Shown here piece after piece: positions 22,801 through 32,894 of a stretch of DNA of 64,000 bases. Below the pieces are notes generated by a model that was given only the letters and a program-made list of their open reading frames with translations, was not told the origin of the DNA and made no database searches. The position numbers were made by a program, and so were the translations under genes. This stretch comes from Escherichia coli (GTDB taxonomy: Bacteria; Pseudomonadota; Gammaproteobacteria; Enterobacterales; Enterobacteriaceae), in NCBI RefSeq assembly GCF_013122565.1, contig NZ_CP053258.1. The stretch is one strand, 5' to 3'. Each line of letters opens with the position of its first letter. The first letter of the stretch is position 1.

Positions 22801-23992
22801 CCCTCAATATGGTTCTCGCTACACGCTTACATATATTTAAGTATAAAATATAAACATATAAACTAAAAACATTAAACACCAAAAAAAACAAAAAAAACAT
22901 ATACATATAAATTTAAAATCTTTTAAAGTGTAAGAAATCAGAATAAAAACCTGATCTTATAAAGATGGAAACTATAATATTCCAAATTAAAAAATAAAGG
23001 AGTAAATTAACAAACAAGCTAAACAAACCATCAAATTCCGCATAATACACAGCATGGAAATAGATATTGAATGAGCATGCCAATATTGGTATGCGAATGC
23101 TGGCGGTAGCAGTAAAAAAGAAAAATGGTGGGGCGGATGTAGCAGGAGAGCCATATAAAATGCAAATAAAAGACTACCAATATGATAATCAAGGAAAGAT
23201 CAGTAATGATTCCAAATATTCATATTCATATTCATATGCTGACATGATGTCGACTTCTCCTTTTTTCAACCCATTTTTGATACGAAAGCATTGTATTATT
23301 GGTGCTGAAATCTTATGCAGAGTTCAAACGCAAAACAGTTATATATTAAATCAGTTTCATAGCATGAGATTTAAAGACTGAAATTTGGATGTTTATGCTG
23401 TACAGTCGCTATCTAAAACTAGAGAGCATTTATGTGAAAATGAATATCATCTTCCTTAAGGTTTTACTATTACATTAAATGTTACGAGTTCACAAGTTTG
23501 CTCTCCTTTAATAAGAAAGATAGTGCTTTATTTTAACAAAAGATTCACCTCAGGCATCTTCATTATATTTGAGCCTATGGTAGAAAATTCAGTGAGCAGC
23601 ACGTATACAAGGTTATATCTTCACCGGATCATTGGCTGTAAGTGGTATCTTATTTTAGAGTCAGAAAAAAGACATTGGTACGATAAAGGGCTTTCTTATA
23701 AACATTGATACAATTTCACCTGCAAAAATTATTATGCTAAGTTTCATCGAACGCCTTGTCTCTCGTTCTTTCTCTTTTTTCAAAGACGGCAATCCTGTCT
23801 TACACAGAAGATTAAATCTTCATGACAAAAATACAAGTTATTTCAAGAGAGGTGCATATCAGAAAATAATGATTGAGAGTGATAGTTAAGCATATTTCAT
23901 CACTAAGGCGATGAATAATATCTGTGGAGATATTGTTAAATAGTTAACTTTTTAGCAATAATTATTGTTTCATATACTTTAAGGATAATGTT

Positions 23993-24550
23993 ATGAATAA
24001 ATCTAATATTGTATTAACTCTTGTAGCAACCGTTGGAATTATCAGTACAGCCCACTCGGCTTCAACCGGTACAATCACATTTAATGGCGAATTGACTGCT
24101 AATACCTGTGATGCGGTTGTAGATAACCAGAATGCAGATGCAATAGTTACGTTACCTACTGTTGGTATTAATCAACTGGAAAATCAGGGTCAGACTGCTG
24201 GTCGTACAGGCTTTAATATCGCACTGACTAACTGTGCCAGTGCGCTGACAGCTGCTTCCGCTTTCTTTGCCGCTGGCCCCAGTGTGGATTTTGCAAGTGG
24301 TCACCTGAAAAACACGGATGAATCTGATGGTGGAGCAAAGCTAGTCAGCCTGCAGTTACGCGATGAGGCTCCCGGTGCAGGTAGTAAAATTATCCAAGCC
24401 GGTAATGGTAATCAGGCTACAAGTACTCAATATGTAGATGTAATTTCGGGTACTGCAAACCTGCCTTACTCAGTTGAATATTTTGCAGATGGTACGGCCA
24501 CCGCGGGTAATGTAACCAGTAATGTAGTCTATTTCATCCAGTACAAATAA
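23993..24550 (+). CDS. Chaperone-usher fimbrial major subunit
   Basis: 185 aa with signal peptide, GTITFNGELTANTCD, a Cys pair, and a C-terminal beta-strand ending YFIQYK. Confidence 0.85.
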   Translation: MNKSNIVLTLVATVGIISTAHSASTGTITFNGELTANTCDAVVDNQNADAIVTLPTVGINQLENQGQTAGRTGFNIALTNCASALTAASAFFAAGPSVDFASGHLKNTDESDGGAKLVSLQLRDEAPGAGSKIIQAGNGNQATSTQYVDVISGTANLPYSVEYFADGTATAGNVTSNVVYFIQYK

Positions 24551-24651
24551 TCACACAAAGATAATATATCAATAACGTATTTAAGGAGGGCCCCCCCTCC
24601 TTATTAAGAGGTCTCAAAATGTTTACCAGATGTTATTTAAACCACAACCTG

Positions 24652-25329
24652 ATGAAATCTTTACCTCTGCTATTTGTGACTTTATTCAGCCTACATTCAG
24701 AAGCCAGTATAGTTATTACGGGAACCCGGGTAATCTATCCCGCCGGGGAACATTCCGTCAGCGTGAAACTGAATAACAATGGCAAGCTTCCGGTGTTGAT
24801 TCAAAGTTGGGTGGATAATGGTGACCCAGATAAAAAACCAGATGATTCTCAGGCCCCATTTATTATTACCCCCCCGATTAACAGAGTTGATCCCGGAAAA
24901 GGACAGACCTTAAGAGTTACCTTCACTGACCTTCCATTACCCACCGATCGTGAGTCTGTCTTCTGGTTAAACGTGCTGGAAATCCCAACCAGATATGAAC
25001 CAAAATCAAATGATAATTATCTTCAGGTAGCATTTCGTACCAGGATAAAGCTTTTTTACCGACCAGAAAATTTACCAGGAAAATCTCTGGAGGCACCGAA
25101 TACACTCATCTGGAAGATTTCTAGTGGGCAACTGATGGCATCAAATAATTCGGCATGGAACGTATCTCTTTCCAGTATTTCAGTTTGCGGAAAGAAAGTC
25201 GAGGGAAAAATGGTCAGCCCAAGAGGATCTGAAATTTTCCCACTAAAAGTATCCCCGGGTATGCGGGTAAGCTTTGAAGCTGTCAATGACTACGGAGCAA
25301 TCATGAAGAAAACAGCAACCGTACAGTAA
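24652..25329 (+). CDS. Periplasmic fimbrial chaperone (PapD-like)
   Basis: Motifs GTRVIYP, FLIQSW-like (VLIQSWV), TPPxxR (ITPPINRVDP) and NVLEIP. Start taken at MKSLPLL. Confidence 0.88.
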   Translation: MKSLPLLFVTLFSLHSEASIVITGTRVIYPAGEHSVSVKLNNNGKLPVLIQSWVDNGDPDKKPDDSQAPFIITPPINRVDPGKGQTLRVTFTDLPLPTDRESVFWLNVLEIPTRYEPKSNDNYLQVAFRTRIKLFYRPENLPGKSLEAPNTLIWKISSGQLMASNNSAWNVSLSSISVCGKKVEGKMVSPRGSEIFPLKVSPGMRVSFEAVNDYGAIMKKTATVQ

Positions 25330-25353
25330 TAAATATACATAAAGGTTAATACC

Positions 25354-27957
25354 GTGGAAAACAGAATATTTAAACCACACATTATTGCCGTAACGATAGC
25401 AGGACTGTATGGCTTTTCTGTTCATGCTGTCTTTGCGAATGATACTATAAACTCGTCGGACAGCCCGGTCGCTCAAGAAAATACGAAGAAATCCCTACCA
25501 TCCCCAACGTCTGAGCGTATTGAATTTGCCACTGAGGTACTCGAACTAAAAAACAAACAATCAATTGATTTAAGTCGTTTTTCTTCCGGAAACTATTCTC
25601 TACCAGGAAAATATCAGGCAGGCATATGGATTAATGATAGTTTTCTTGGAAACCAAGACATTGAAGTCAAAGGGCATACAGATGGTTCTTCTTATGTCTG
25701 TATAACGCCTGATCTGCTGAAGATACTTCCATTATCTTGGGACAGATTAAGTGAGTATAAATTCAATCAGGCCCCCGAATCTACCAACTGTTCTGATGTT
25801 TTAGCCAGTATACCGGATTCCCGTGTAACGTTTGATAGCGGAGAACAACGTCTTGATGTTGCTATTCCTCAGAAATTCATTATCCATCAGGCTCGCGGAA
25901 GTGTCAGTCCTGATTTATGGGACAGTGGAATACCCGCAGCTTTTCTCAGCTACAACATGAACAGCTGGGCAAGTCAGTCACGTGGGTATGATTATAAATC
26001 TCTTTATACCTCGGTTAACTCCGGTATGAATATTGGTGCATGGTATTTCCGTCATAATGGTTCTTACACATGGTCTGAATCTGGCGAGAAAGATTATCAG
26101 TCGATTAATACCTATGCACAGCGTGATATTCTTTCCATTAAGGGACGATTACTCATTGGCCAGTCAAATACTACCGGTCGACTGTTTGATACCGTCCCCT
26201 TTTCCGGGGTGCAACTGGCAAGTGATGAGAGAATGTATCCCTCATCGCAACGTGGTTATGCCCCGGAGATACATGGTATAGCTAAGACTCACGCTAAAGT
26301 GACTGTCCGCCAGAATAGTGTGGTCATTTATGAGACAACAGTTTCACCGGGTGAATTCGTTATTGATGATTTATACCCGACGGGATTTGGTGGAGATCTC
26401 ATGGTCAATATTCATGAAGCAGATGGGCAGGAAAGATATTTCACAGTGCCTTTTGCCTCAACACCGCAATTGCTGAGGCCTGGATCATATCGTTACTCAT
26501 TCACCGGGGGAAAGTTACGCCAAATTTCACTGTCAGAAAAACCACAGTTTTATGAAGCAACATGGCAACACGGGTTGACAAACTTTCTTTCAGGTTATCT
26601 GGGGTGGCAGCAGAGTGAGAACTATTATGCAGCTCAGGCCGGTTTAGCTGTTGGCTCACTGGCAGGCTCCCTGTCTTTCGATATCACTCAGTCCCACGCT
26701 ACTTTTGATAAATCCGGACGAAATACCGGTCCATTATCAGGTAATGACAGCTCTTCATCAGGTCAAAGTTACCGGCTCAGCTATTCAAAATTAATTCAGA
26801 ATACAGGAACGTCCATAAACCTAGCTGCCTATCGTTTTTCAACAGAAGGGTATTATGACTTCACTACTGCGATGATGACCCGTGAGGCGATTAAACGTGG
26901 TTACGATTCGAACGTCATTAAAAGAGCGAAAAGTCGTTACACTCTGAGCGTGAACCAGTCATTGGCGGAAAGTCTGGGACAGCTTTACGCTAGTGCTTCA
27001 CTGCAAAAATACTGGAACAGTGACGATTCAGATAAACAGTATCAGCTTGGTTACAGCAATCACAGGAAATTAGTTTCATACGGAATAAGTGTCAGCCGAA
27101 GCTATTCCTGGTATGGAAAAAGTGATACCAGTTGGATGGCATCCGTGAGCTTTCCCCTTGGGAATGTCAGTGAGGAGCATACACCAAATATTCGCTTTGA
27201 TGCCGTACGTACGTCAGGTGGCCATTACTCAGAGTCGGCCTCAATCTCTGGAAATGCGGGGGTCGAAAACCAGTATAGCTATGGAGTGACAGCCAGCAAT
27301 GCCGGCGGAGATACCGGGAGCAGTCTGTTTGTTAACGGGCAATGGCGTACGCCTTATACATACCTGAGCGGTAGCAATAGTAATGGCAGGAATTACCGGA
27401 GCCAGTCTCTTGGTGCCAGTGGTTCACTGATTGCGCATTCCGGTGGAGTGACACTCAGCCCGTACATATCAGATACCTGGGCACTGGTTGAAGCCAAGGG
27501 CGCAAAGGGAGCCAGAGTATCATCATATCCGGGGGTTATGGTCGATCGCGTTGGATATGCAGCAGTTCCCTATCTTAATGCCTACGAACTTAATGAAGTG
27601 GCTATAGATCCAAATAATGCCGATAATGACGTTGGTTTTGAGAACACATCCCGTAAGGTAGCTCCCTATTCTGGCGCAATTGTGAAGGTCAAATATGATA
27701 CACAGACCGGGGTTCCAGTATTGATTGATGCAGGATGGAAAGGACAACCTATACCATTCGGTGCCGATGTTATTGATGAGAGCGGTAATTATATGGCGAC
27801 TGCAGGTCAGGCAGGACAAATTTTTACAAGGCTTGAACCCGGCAGGCATGTGCTGAAGTTAAAAGCAGGAAGCCAGGGCAGTTGCAGTCTCCCCGTTGAA
27901 ATCCCCGAGACCGTATCGCCGTCAAACCTGCTCAGATTTAAAGTTACGTGCTTATAA
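25354..27957 (+). CDS. Fimbrial outer-membrane usher
   Basis: 867 aa with a GTG start after aaagg. Usher hallmarks include FNxxFL-type N-terminus, YAPEIHGIA and VTVRQNSVVIYETTVSPGEFVIDDL. Confidence 0.9.
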   Translation: MENRIFKPHIIAVTIAGLYGFSVHAVFANDTINSSDSPVAQENTKKSLPSPTSERIEFATEVLELKNKQSIDLSRFSSGNYSLPGKYQAGIWINDSFLGNQDIEVKGHTDGSSYVCITPDLLKILPLSWDRLSEYKFNQAPESTNCSDVLASIPDSRVTFDSGEQRLDVAIPQKFIIHQARGSVSPDLWDSGIPAAFLSYNMNSWASQSRGYDYKSLYTSVNSGMNIGAWYFRHNGSYTWSESGEKDYQSINTYAQRDILSIKGRLLIGQSNTTGRLFDTVPFSGVQLASDERMYPSSQRGYAPEIHGIAKTHAKVTVRQNSVVIYETTVSPGEFVIDDLYPTGFGGDLMVNIHEADGQERYFTVPFASTPQLLRPGSYRYSFTGGKLRQISLSEKPQFYEATWQHGLTNFLSGYLGWQQSENYYAAQAGLAVGSLAGSLSFDITQSHATFDKSGRNTGPLSGNDSSSSGQSYRLSYSKLIQNTGTSINLAAYRFSTEGYYDFTTAMMTREAIKRGYDSNVIKRAKSRYTLSVNQSLAESLGQLYASASLQKYWNSDDSDKQYQLGYSNHRKLVSYGISVSRSYSWYGKSDTSWMASVSFPLGNVSEEHTPNIRFDAVRTSGGHYSESASISGNAGVENQYSYGVTASNAGGDTGSSLFVNGQWRTPYTYLSGSNSNGRNYRSQSLGASGSLIAHSGGVTLSPYISDTWALVEAKGAKGARVSSYPGVMVDRVGYAAVPYLNAYELNEVAIDPNNADNDVGFENTSRKVAPYSGAIVKVKYDTQTGVPVLIDAGWKGQPIPFGADVIDESGNYMATAGQAGQIFTRLEPGRHVLKLKAGSQGSCSLPVEIPETVSPSNLLRFKVTCL

Positions 27958-28041
27958 TCTATTAAAGAAAGTTTTCTATCAATACGGGTAATAAATATCT
28001 CTTTTTCATTACCCGTCCTTTTTACACAAAGGGATTCCCCC

Positions 28042-29190
28042 ATGCAAAATTTAATTCATAGAAATATTTTTTTGGTATTAATATTTATCACCGTCATAAT
28101 TTTTGCCTATTCAGGAAAAAGTATTGCGGCAAGATGTAAGTTCCAGATAGATGGTTCAAGTCCGTCAAAAAAATACATATTACCATTCTCAGCCCGAGAT
28201 ATCACAGCCGGAGCCGACATCAATACCGGTACGGTTCTCTCAACCGTCAGATATAATAAACCTATTCAAATACAGTGTGAGCCAACATCCGGCGCACCAT
28301 CTGATGAAGAAATAACAATTAAGTACTATCTTCAGGTGTTGACTACCCCTTACCCGTCATCAGGAATGATTGCTGCCAATGGATTACCAGTATATAACAC
28401 ACCGATTTCAGGAATTGGATTTGCTCTCGACTCAGCAAATCCTGTAGCTACACCAACATATCCTGCATTAATGGACGTACAGACAATTGCGGCTAACATA
28501 TCTGATGTCAGGTATATCTTTGGTACCAACGCCCTATTAATGCGGTTATATAAAACGGGGGCACCAGGGAGTGGAGCTATAAATGGGGAAGATTTACCCA
28601 CTTTAAAAACATTTATTACAACCGAATCGAATTATGATCCAGTCCCTAAGCAAGAGGATATGGCCTTCATTTCATTTTCAGGTGTTATGAACGTGGTCTC
28701 CTATACTTGCAGAACACCAGATGTTGTAGTTTCATTAGGCGAGCATGAGACCAATATATTTACAACCCCAGGAACTTCGACTCAATGGGTTGATTCATCT
28801 ATCCAGTTACTTGATTGCCCTACTAATTATTTTGGTTATACTGATAAGGGTACTTTTATCTCTGACTCAGGTGTAATTACAGGCACCCCTCCATTAACAC
28901 CGAACAAATATACTATTGAATTATCACCTAAATACGGAGTTAAAGATGCTGCTACAGGTATAATTAATATTAACAGTGGCACAGGCATGGCATCGGGAGT
29001 CGGAATTCAGGTAGCCTCAGGCAATAGTATAACAAACACACCGGCCAAATTTAATATCGCAACTGAGATGACCCCGGAGTCTAATACTTCTCAAAAAATT
29101 CCATTGGTTGCACGATTGATACAAACAGACACTAACGTTACACCAGGGAAAATAGAGTCAGTTATAACTTTTACAATTAATTATTATTAA
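28042..29190 (+). CDS. Fimbrial tip adhesin / minor subunit (two-domain)
   Basis: 382 aa with signal peptide. The C-terminal pilin-like domain ends ITFTINYY. Last gene of the operon. Confidence 0.65.
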   Translation: MQNLIHRNIFLVLIFITVIIFAYSGKSIAARCKFQIDGSSPSKKYILPFSARDITAGADINTGTVLSTVRYNKPIQIQCEPTSGAPSDEEITIKYYLQVLTTPYPSSGMIAANGLPVYNTPISGIGFALDSANPVATPTYPALMDVQTIAANISDVRYIFGTNALLMRLYKTGAPGSGAINGEDLPTLKTFITTESNYDPVPKQEDMAFISFSGVMNVVSYTCRTPDVVVSLGEHETNIFTTPGTSTQWVDSSIQLLDCPTNYFGYTDKGTFISDSGVITGTPPLTPNKYTIELSPKYGVKDAATGIININSGTGMASGVGIQVASGNSITNTPAKFNIATEMTPESNTSQKIPLVARLIQTDTNVTPGKIESVITFTINYY

Positions 29191-29577
29191 CACAACTGTT
29201 TCATGATGGGAGGTGGTAAATATGAACCATTTCAAATATAAAAGAGTGTCAGCTCTAACATAGATGCGCGATATATGTTTAGGAACAGCACCACATAAAT
29301 TTTTATGCAATGCAGACATTGCCCCACTTTATCGTCTGTTACGTTGGCAAATTTTTATAGGAATTGTTTCGGTTATGCTGCGTATTATCTTGTACAAAAA
29401 ATCTCACACTGGCAATGCCATGTCTTTTCTAGCGGGGATTTCCTCGTGGTGATTTAGGATTTGCTTTATCAGGATTTTTTACAAGGCATTTCATTACCAA
29501 CAGGCCACAAAATACAATACAAATAACAAATTGTGAATATAAAGTATTAAAGAAGCATCTATTCCCAAGGAGATAAA

Positions 29578-30399
29578 ATGTCACTCATTTGTTCTATTAA
29601 ATTCATTCAACATGAATTTAATGCATATATTTTAGATAACAACTACGCCTTCTCTGACGGTGAGGTTCTGATGGTAGATAGTGCTGTTAATTTATATTTT
29701 AAACCTTATGAACGATATTTCAAAGAAATCAAACTCAATGAAAAAATCATCAAAAGATACCTACAATACACTAACATTCAGATAGAGACAATGTCTGCTC
29801 CTACAAAGTTTTTACGTGTTTCTAATGTACCGACTGGATTGCTTAATGAAATGATTATTTATCTCAACTCGGAAGAAAATAATCATCATGATTTCTCTGA
29901 AGTTTTGCTTTTATCTTGCCTATCTATTTTTTCCGAATGCAAAGGTTTCATTACATTGCTTAATAACGGTGTATTATCCGTTTCCGGAAAAGTGAGGAAC
30001 ATTGTCAATATGAAGTTATCCCATTCATGGAAACTAAAAGACATTTGTGACTGCCTGTGCATGAGTGAAAGCTTGCTGAAGAAAAAACTAAAACAAGAGC
30101 AAACAACATTCTCACAGATTCTTTTAGATGCCAGAATGCAGCACGCTAATAAATTGATGCGGATAGAAGGCTCAGTCAATAAAATTGCCGAACAATGTGG
30201 TTATGCCAGTACATCTTATTTTATTTATACTTTCCGAAATTATTTCGGCAACAGTCCAAAGAGATTTTCTAAGGAAAAAGGTATCCACCCGCATAGCCAT
30301 CTTGCAGACTTCAGCGGTATTCTGCAGACGGATGCGAACGCTGGGTTCATGCCCGCAACAAGAACCATGGTGTGCATGTCCGCACGCCGTCGGCGCTGA
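29578..30399 (+). CDS. AraC/Rns-type regulator whose last ~35 codons derive from an IS66-family tnpC fragment
   Basis: AraC HTH region (ILLDARMQHANKLM...IAEQCGYASTSYFIYTFRNYFGNSPKRF). From ...HLADFSGILQTDANAGF onward the frame reads an IS66 tnpC motif. Confidence 0.7.
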   Translation: MSLICSIKFIQHEFNAYILDNNYAFSDGEVLMVDSAVNLYFKPYERYFKEIKLNEKIIKRYLQYTNIQIETMSAPTKFLRVSNVPTGLLNEMIIYLNSEENNHHDFSEVLLLSCLSIFSECKGFITLLNNGVLSVSGKVRNIVNMKLSHSWKLKDICDCLCMSESLLKKKLKQEQTTFSQILLDARMQHANKLMRIEGSVNKIAEQCGYASTSYFIYTFRNYFGNSPKRFSKEKGIHPHSHLADFSGILQTDANAGFMPATRTMVCMSARRRR

Positions 30400-30800
30400 C
30401 GGATGAAGCACTGAAAGGGGTCTGTGGGATGTATACCAACGAGTCGGAAATAAAGGGAATGCCGGCGGAGTAACGTCTTGCTGAATGTCAGCAGAAAGCG
30501 AAACTACTGCTGAAATCCTTGGAAAGCTGACTGCGTGAAAAGATGAAAACCCTGCCACGACACTCAGAACTGGCGAAAGCGCTCGTGTACTGGCGATACG
30601 AATGGAATGACGAGGCTGCCTGTCAGTCACAGGGAGCTTTTGGCACAAAATCAACGGAAAGGCCGCCAGCACTGGAATTAAGTTGTACTGTCCCCGTACT
30701 GGCAAGCCATACCCGGAACAACCTCACCGCAAACTGCGCCCGGGAGCAACCATTACAGCCTCTGCACTGGATTTGCAGCCCCGGCATCTTTCGGCGGTGC
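30290..30800 (+). pseudogene. Second IS66-family tnpC remnant
   Basis: DFSGILQTDANAGF, then (frame-shifted) VRTPSALTDEALKGVCGMYTNESEIKG, paralogous to the remnant at 22190-22400. Many stops. Confidence 0.55.
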
Positions 30801-30884
30801 CTCCTGCCGTTCTCCATCTCTGCTGTATACCCCAGCACTTCTGAGCCTCATAATCTTCGTCACACATCACACAAAACCACTTTC

Positions 30885-31148
30885 TCATTTCACCATATAA
30901 TCCGGAACCGTCATGCCCTGCAGATGCAAACGACGGGCCTCTTTCTCTACCATGTCAGGCCTGGTGCATCGCAGGAGGATTTTCTCAGCGACAGTTATCT
31001 GGTCATGCTCAAATCACGGCGGTTGTCCGTCATTGCCCCGCTTAAGTGTTAATGGATAACCACAGAACACGTAGCACATAACGTCCTGGCGGCTGTGCTT
31101 CGCGGCTTCTTTCGCTGTTACAAAATGACCTTTGCTGTCATTTGTCAT
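30885..31148 (-). pseudogene. 87-codon Cys-containing gene with an in-frame TGA (codon 45)
   Basis: Hand translation: MTNDSKGHFVTAKEAAKHSRQDVMCYVFCGYPLTLKRGNDGQPP*FEHDQITVAEKILLRCTRPDMVEKEARRLHLQGMTVPDYMVK. The stop is at 31014-31016. Confidence 0.45.
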
Positions 31149-31156
31149 ATAACAGT

Positions 31157-31650
31157 TCAGAATTCATATATTTCCTCCTGAGTTGTCCGGGGAATACTGC
31201 ATCCTCCGGTCTGGCAGTGTAGGCAGTACCGCTCCCCATAATAATCGTGGCGACATTGTCTGCAGTGCCAGCTGGCTTTACGCACCACGGGTAAGGCATT
31301 CGGTATCAATTGCTGTAAGCGTTTAATCAACTGTACTTTACTGCGTTCCGGTCTGACATGAGGGCACTCGTGACCATGCTCAGTCAGCCATTTGACGGTG
31401 TGTTCAAATCAGCGACGTTCAGTATCGTATTCCGGATGGTATTTGAGTGCACTAGCGCAAGGATGGCCGGTGTAGCGATCGCAAGGTGCGGTCTGTGCAG
31501 TACGGGCATCAATCAGACGATCATTCCCTTTGAAAGCGATAAAGTTTTTTGCGTATATAGTGTAGTTCCTTACCGCCAGACGACACGCAGACGTTAGCCG
31601 TCCCGCTACGGGTAGCGTGGTCAGGGTGTGAATGGCGGATTAGTGAAGTG
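31157..31650 (-). pseudogene. Cys-rich gene fragment with an in-frame TGA and no canonical start
   Basis: One frame reads ...NFIAFKGNDRLIDARTAQTAPCDRYTGHPCASALKYHPEYDTERR*FEHTVKWLTEHGHECPH...WHCRQCRHDYYGERYCLHCQTGG... The stop is at 31409-31411. Confidence 0.35.
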
Positions 31651-31916
31651 TTATCAAAAGGAGGTAAAGTAAGCCGGTGCAGTCTGTCGTTATTGTTGCG
31701 TGGTTGTCACACTATGGGGCACTGACGTAAAAAATAATCGACATCTGCGTCGTGGCCCCACGTCAGTGAATTCGGGGGACGTTGATACAGCCAGACTGCT
31801 GAGCTCTGGTCACTGACGGATACCAACGTGTCGTAACGTACAGGGACCGGAGATTTACCTGCTCATACCGCTATGAACGTTCCACTAAAGGCGATATAGT
31901 TCTTATAAACCACTTA

Positions 31917-32510
31917 TCAGCAGATACGAGTAACACCGTTACCGCGCTGTCGTGGCCTGCCTCTGTTACTTTTCTCCGGTACCGTACTTCGCCCCACAAT
32001 AGCGCCATGCTCTTTCTGTTTAACTTTCGCTAGATAACTGATGGCATACCGAAGGTCATTCATTGCCGCGGTATCTGCATAGTGGATAACCTAGTCGATT
32101 CGGACCGGATAATTTTCTTTAGCACGGCACAGGTGGTGGTATCCGTCTCCTTCTGTTGCCCGTTCCCAGACATCTCCCATCAAACGGGAAAGCTGGTAAG
32201 GGTTCTGGTGATACTGGCCGTTCAGATAACCGAGTAGATGGATATGCAGACCTTTCTTCACTGTGTATTCCATCACCCAGTAATAACCGGCCATCGCGTT
32301 TTCTGTTTCGGTCAACAGGTGTAGTATTTCTGTACACATGGTGTGTTTACAGACATGCCCGAAACTGGCGGTATTTTTCCGGTAAGCGAAATCAATTCTG
32401 AAGGGTAACAGCTTAGCGAAACGCTGAAACATCGCTTCCATGTGGGCGTTGATGTCCTCCAGAATCTGACCATTCATTACGTAGTTAGGATTGGCGTTGT
32501 AAGGCTTCAT
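31917..32510 (-). pseudogene. YfjJ/YagK-like (inovirus Gp2-type) gene with an in-frame TAG
   Basis: MKPYNANPNYV...HIHLLGYLNG...VRID*VIHYADTAAMNDLRYAISYLAKVKQKEHG. The amber codon is at 32091-32093 and the same frame continues for 57 more codons. Confidence 0.6.
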
Positions 32511-32894
32511 TTGTCTTCCTCTTGTTGAGTCAGAGGAAGACGTTGTTACGTAATTTTTACACAGGCCGATTGACCTCACATTCACCTGTAGCTTCCCCTA
32601 GGGAACCAGCAACATGTACTACTCATGGCGAGACTGACGGATACCATTGATATGAGGAGAGCAGATTGTTATCAGATAAGGGGGATGGATCTGTCCTGTA
32701 TGATCTCAGCAGGCAGAACTGACAGCACGGGAGAGAGCAAGTAGCATACCAGGATAAGACAACATAACTATCACTACGTCACGATATAACTTCTGCAAAT
32801 AATACTAATTAACCTTAATTTATCTGTCTTGATCCCATCACGTAATGTCACGAACGGTGCAAAAGTGGCTCTTCCGCAACTTGGGTGGAGATTT

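Noticed and set aside
22800-23060. A-rich low-complexity tract (runs of aaaaaaaac / catata) as a possible repeat array or phase-variable tract
   Set aside because: I could find no regular period, spacer structure or flanking inverted repeats. It looks like AT-rich junk between the IS66 remnant and the fimbrial promoter.
30172-31052. 177-aa minus-strand and 169-aa plus-strand ORFs
   Set aside because: They lie across the degenerate IS66 tnpC remnant. The translations are Pro/Arg/Ser-rich with no motifs, and the true signal is the broken tnpC frame.
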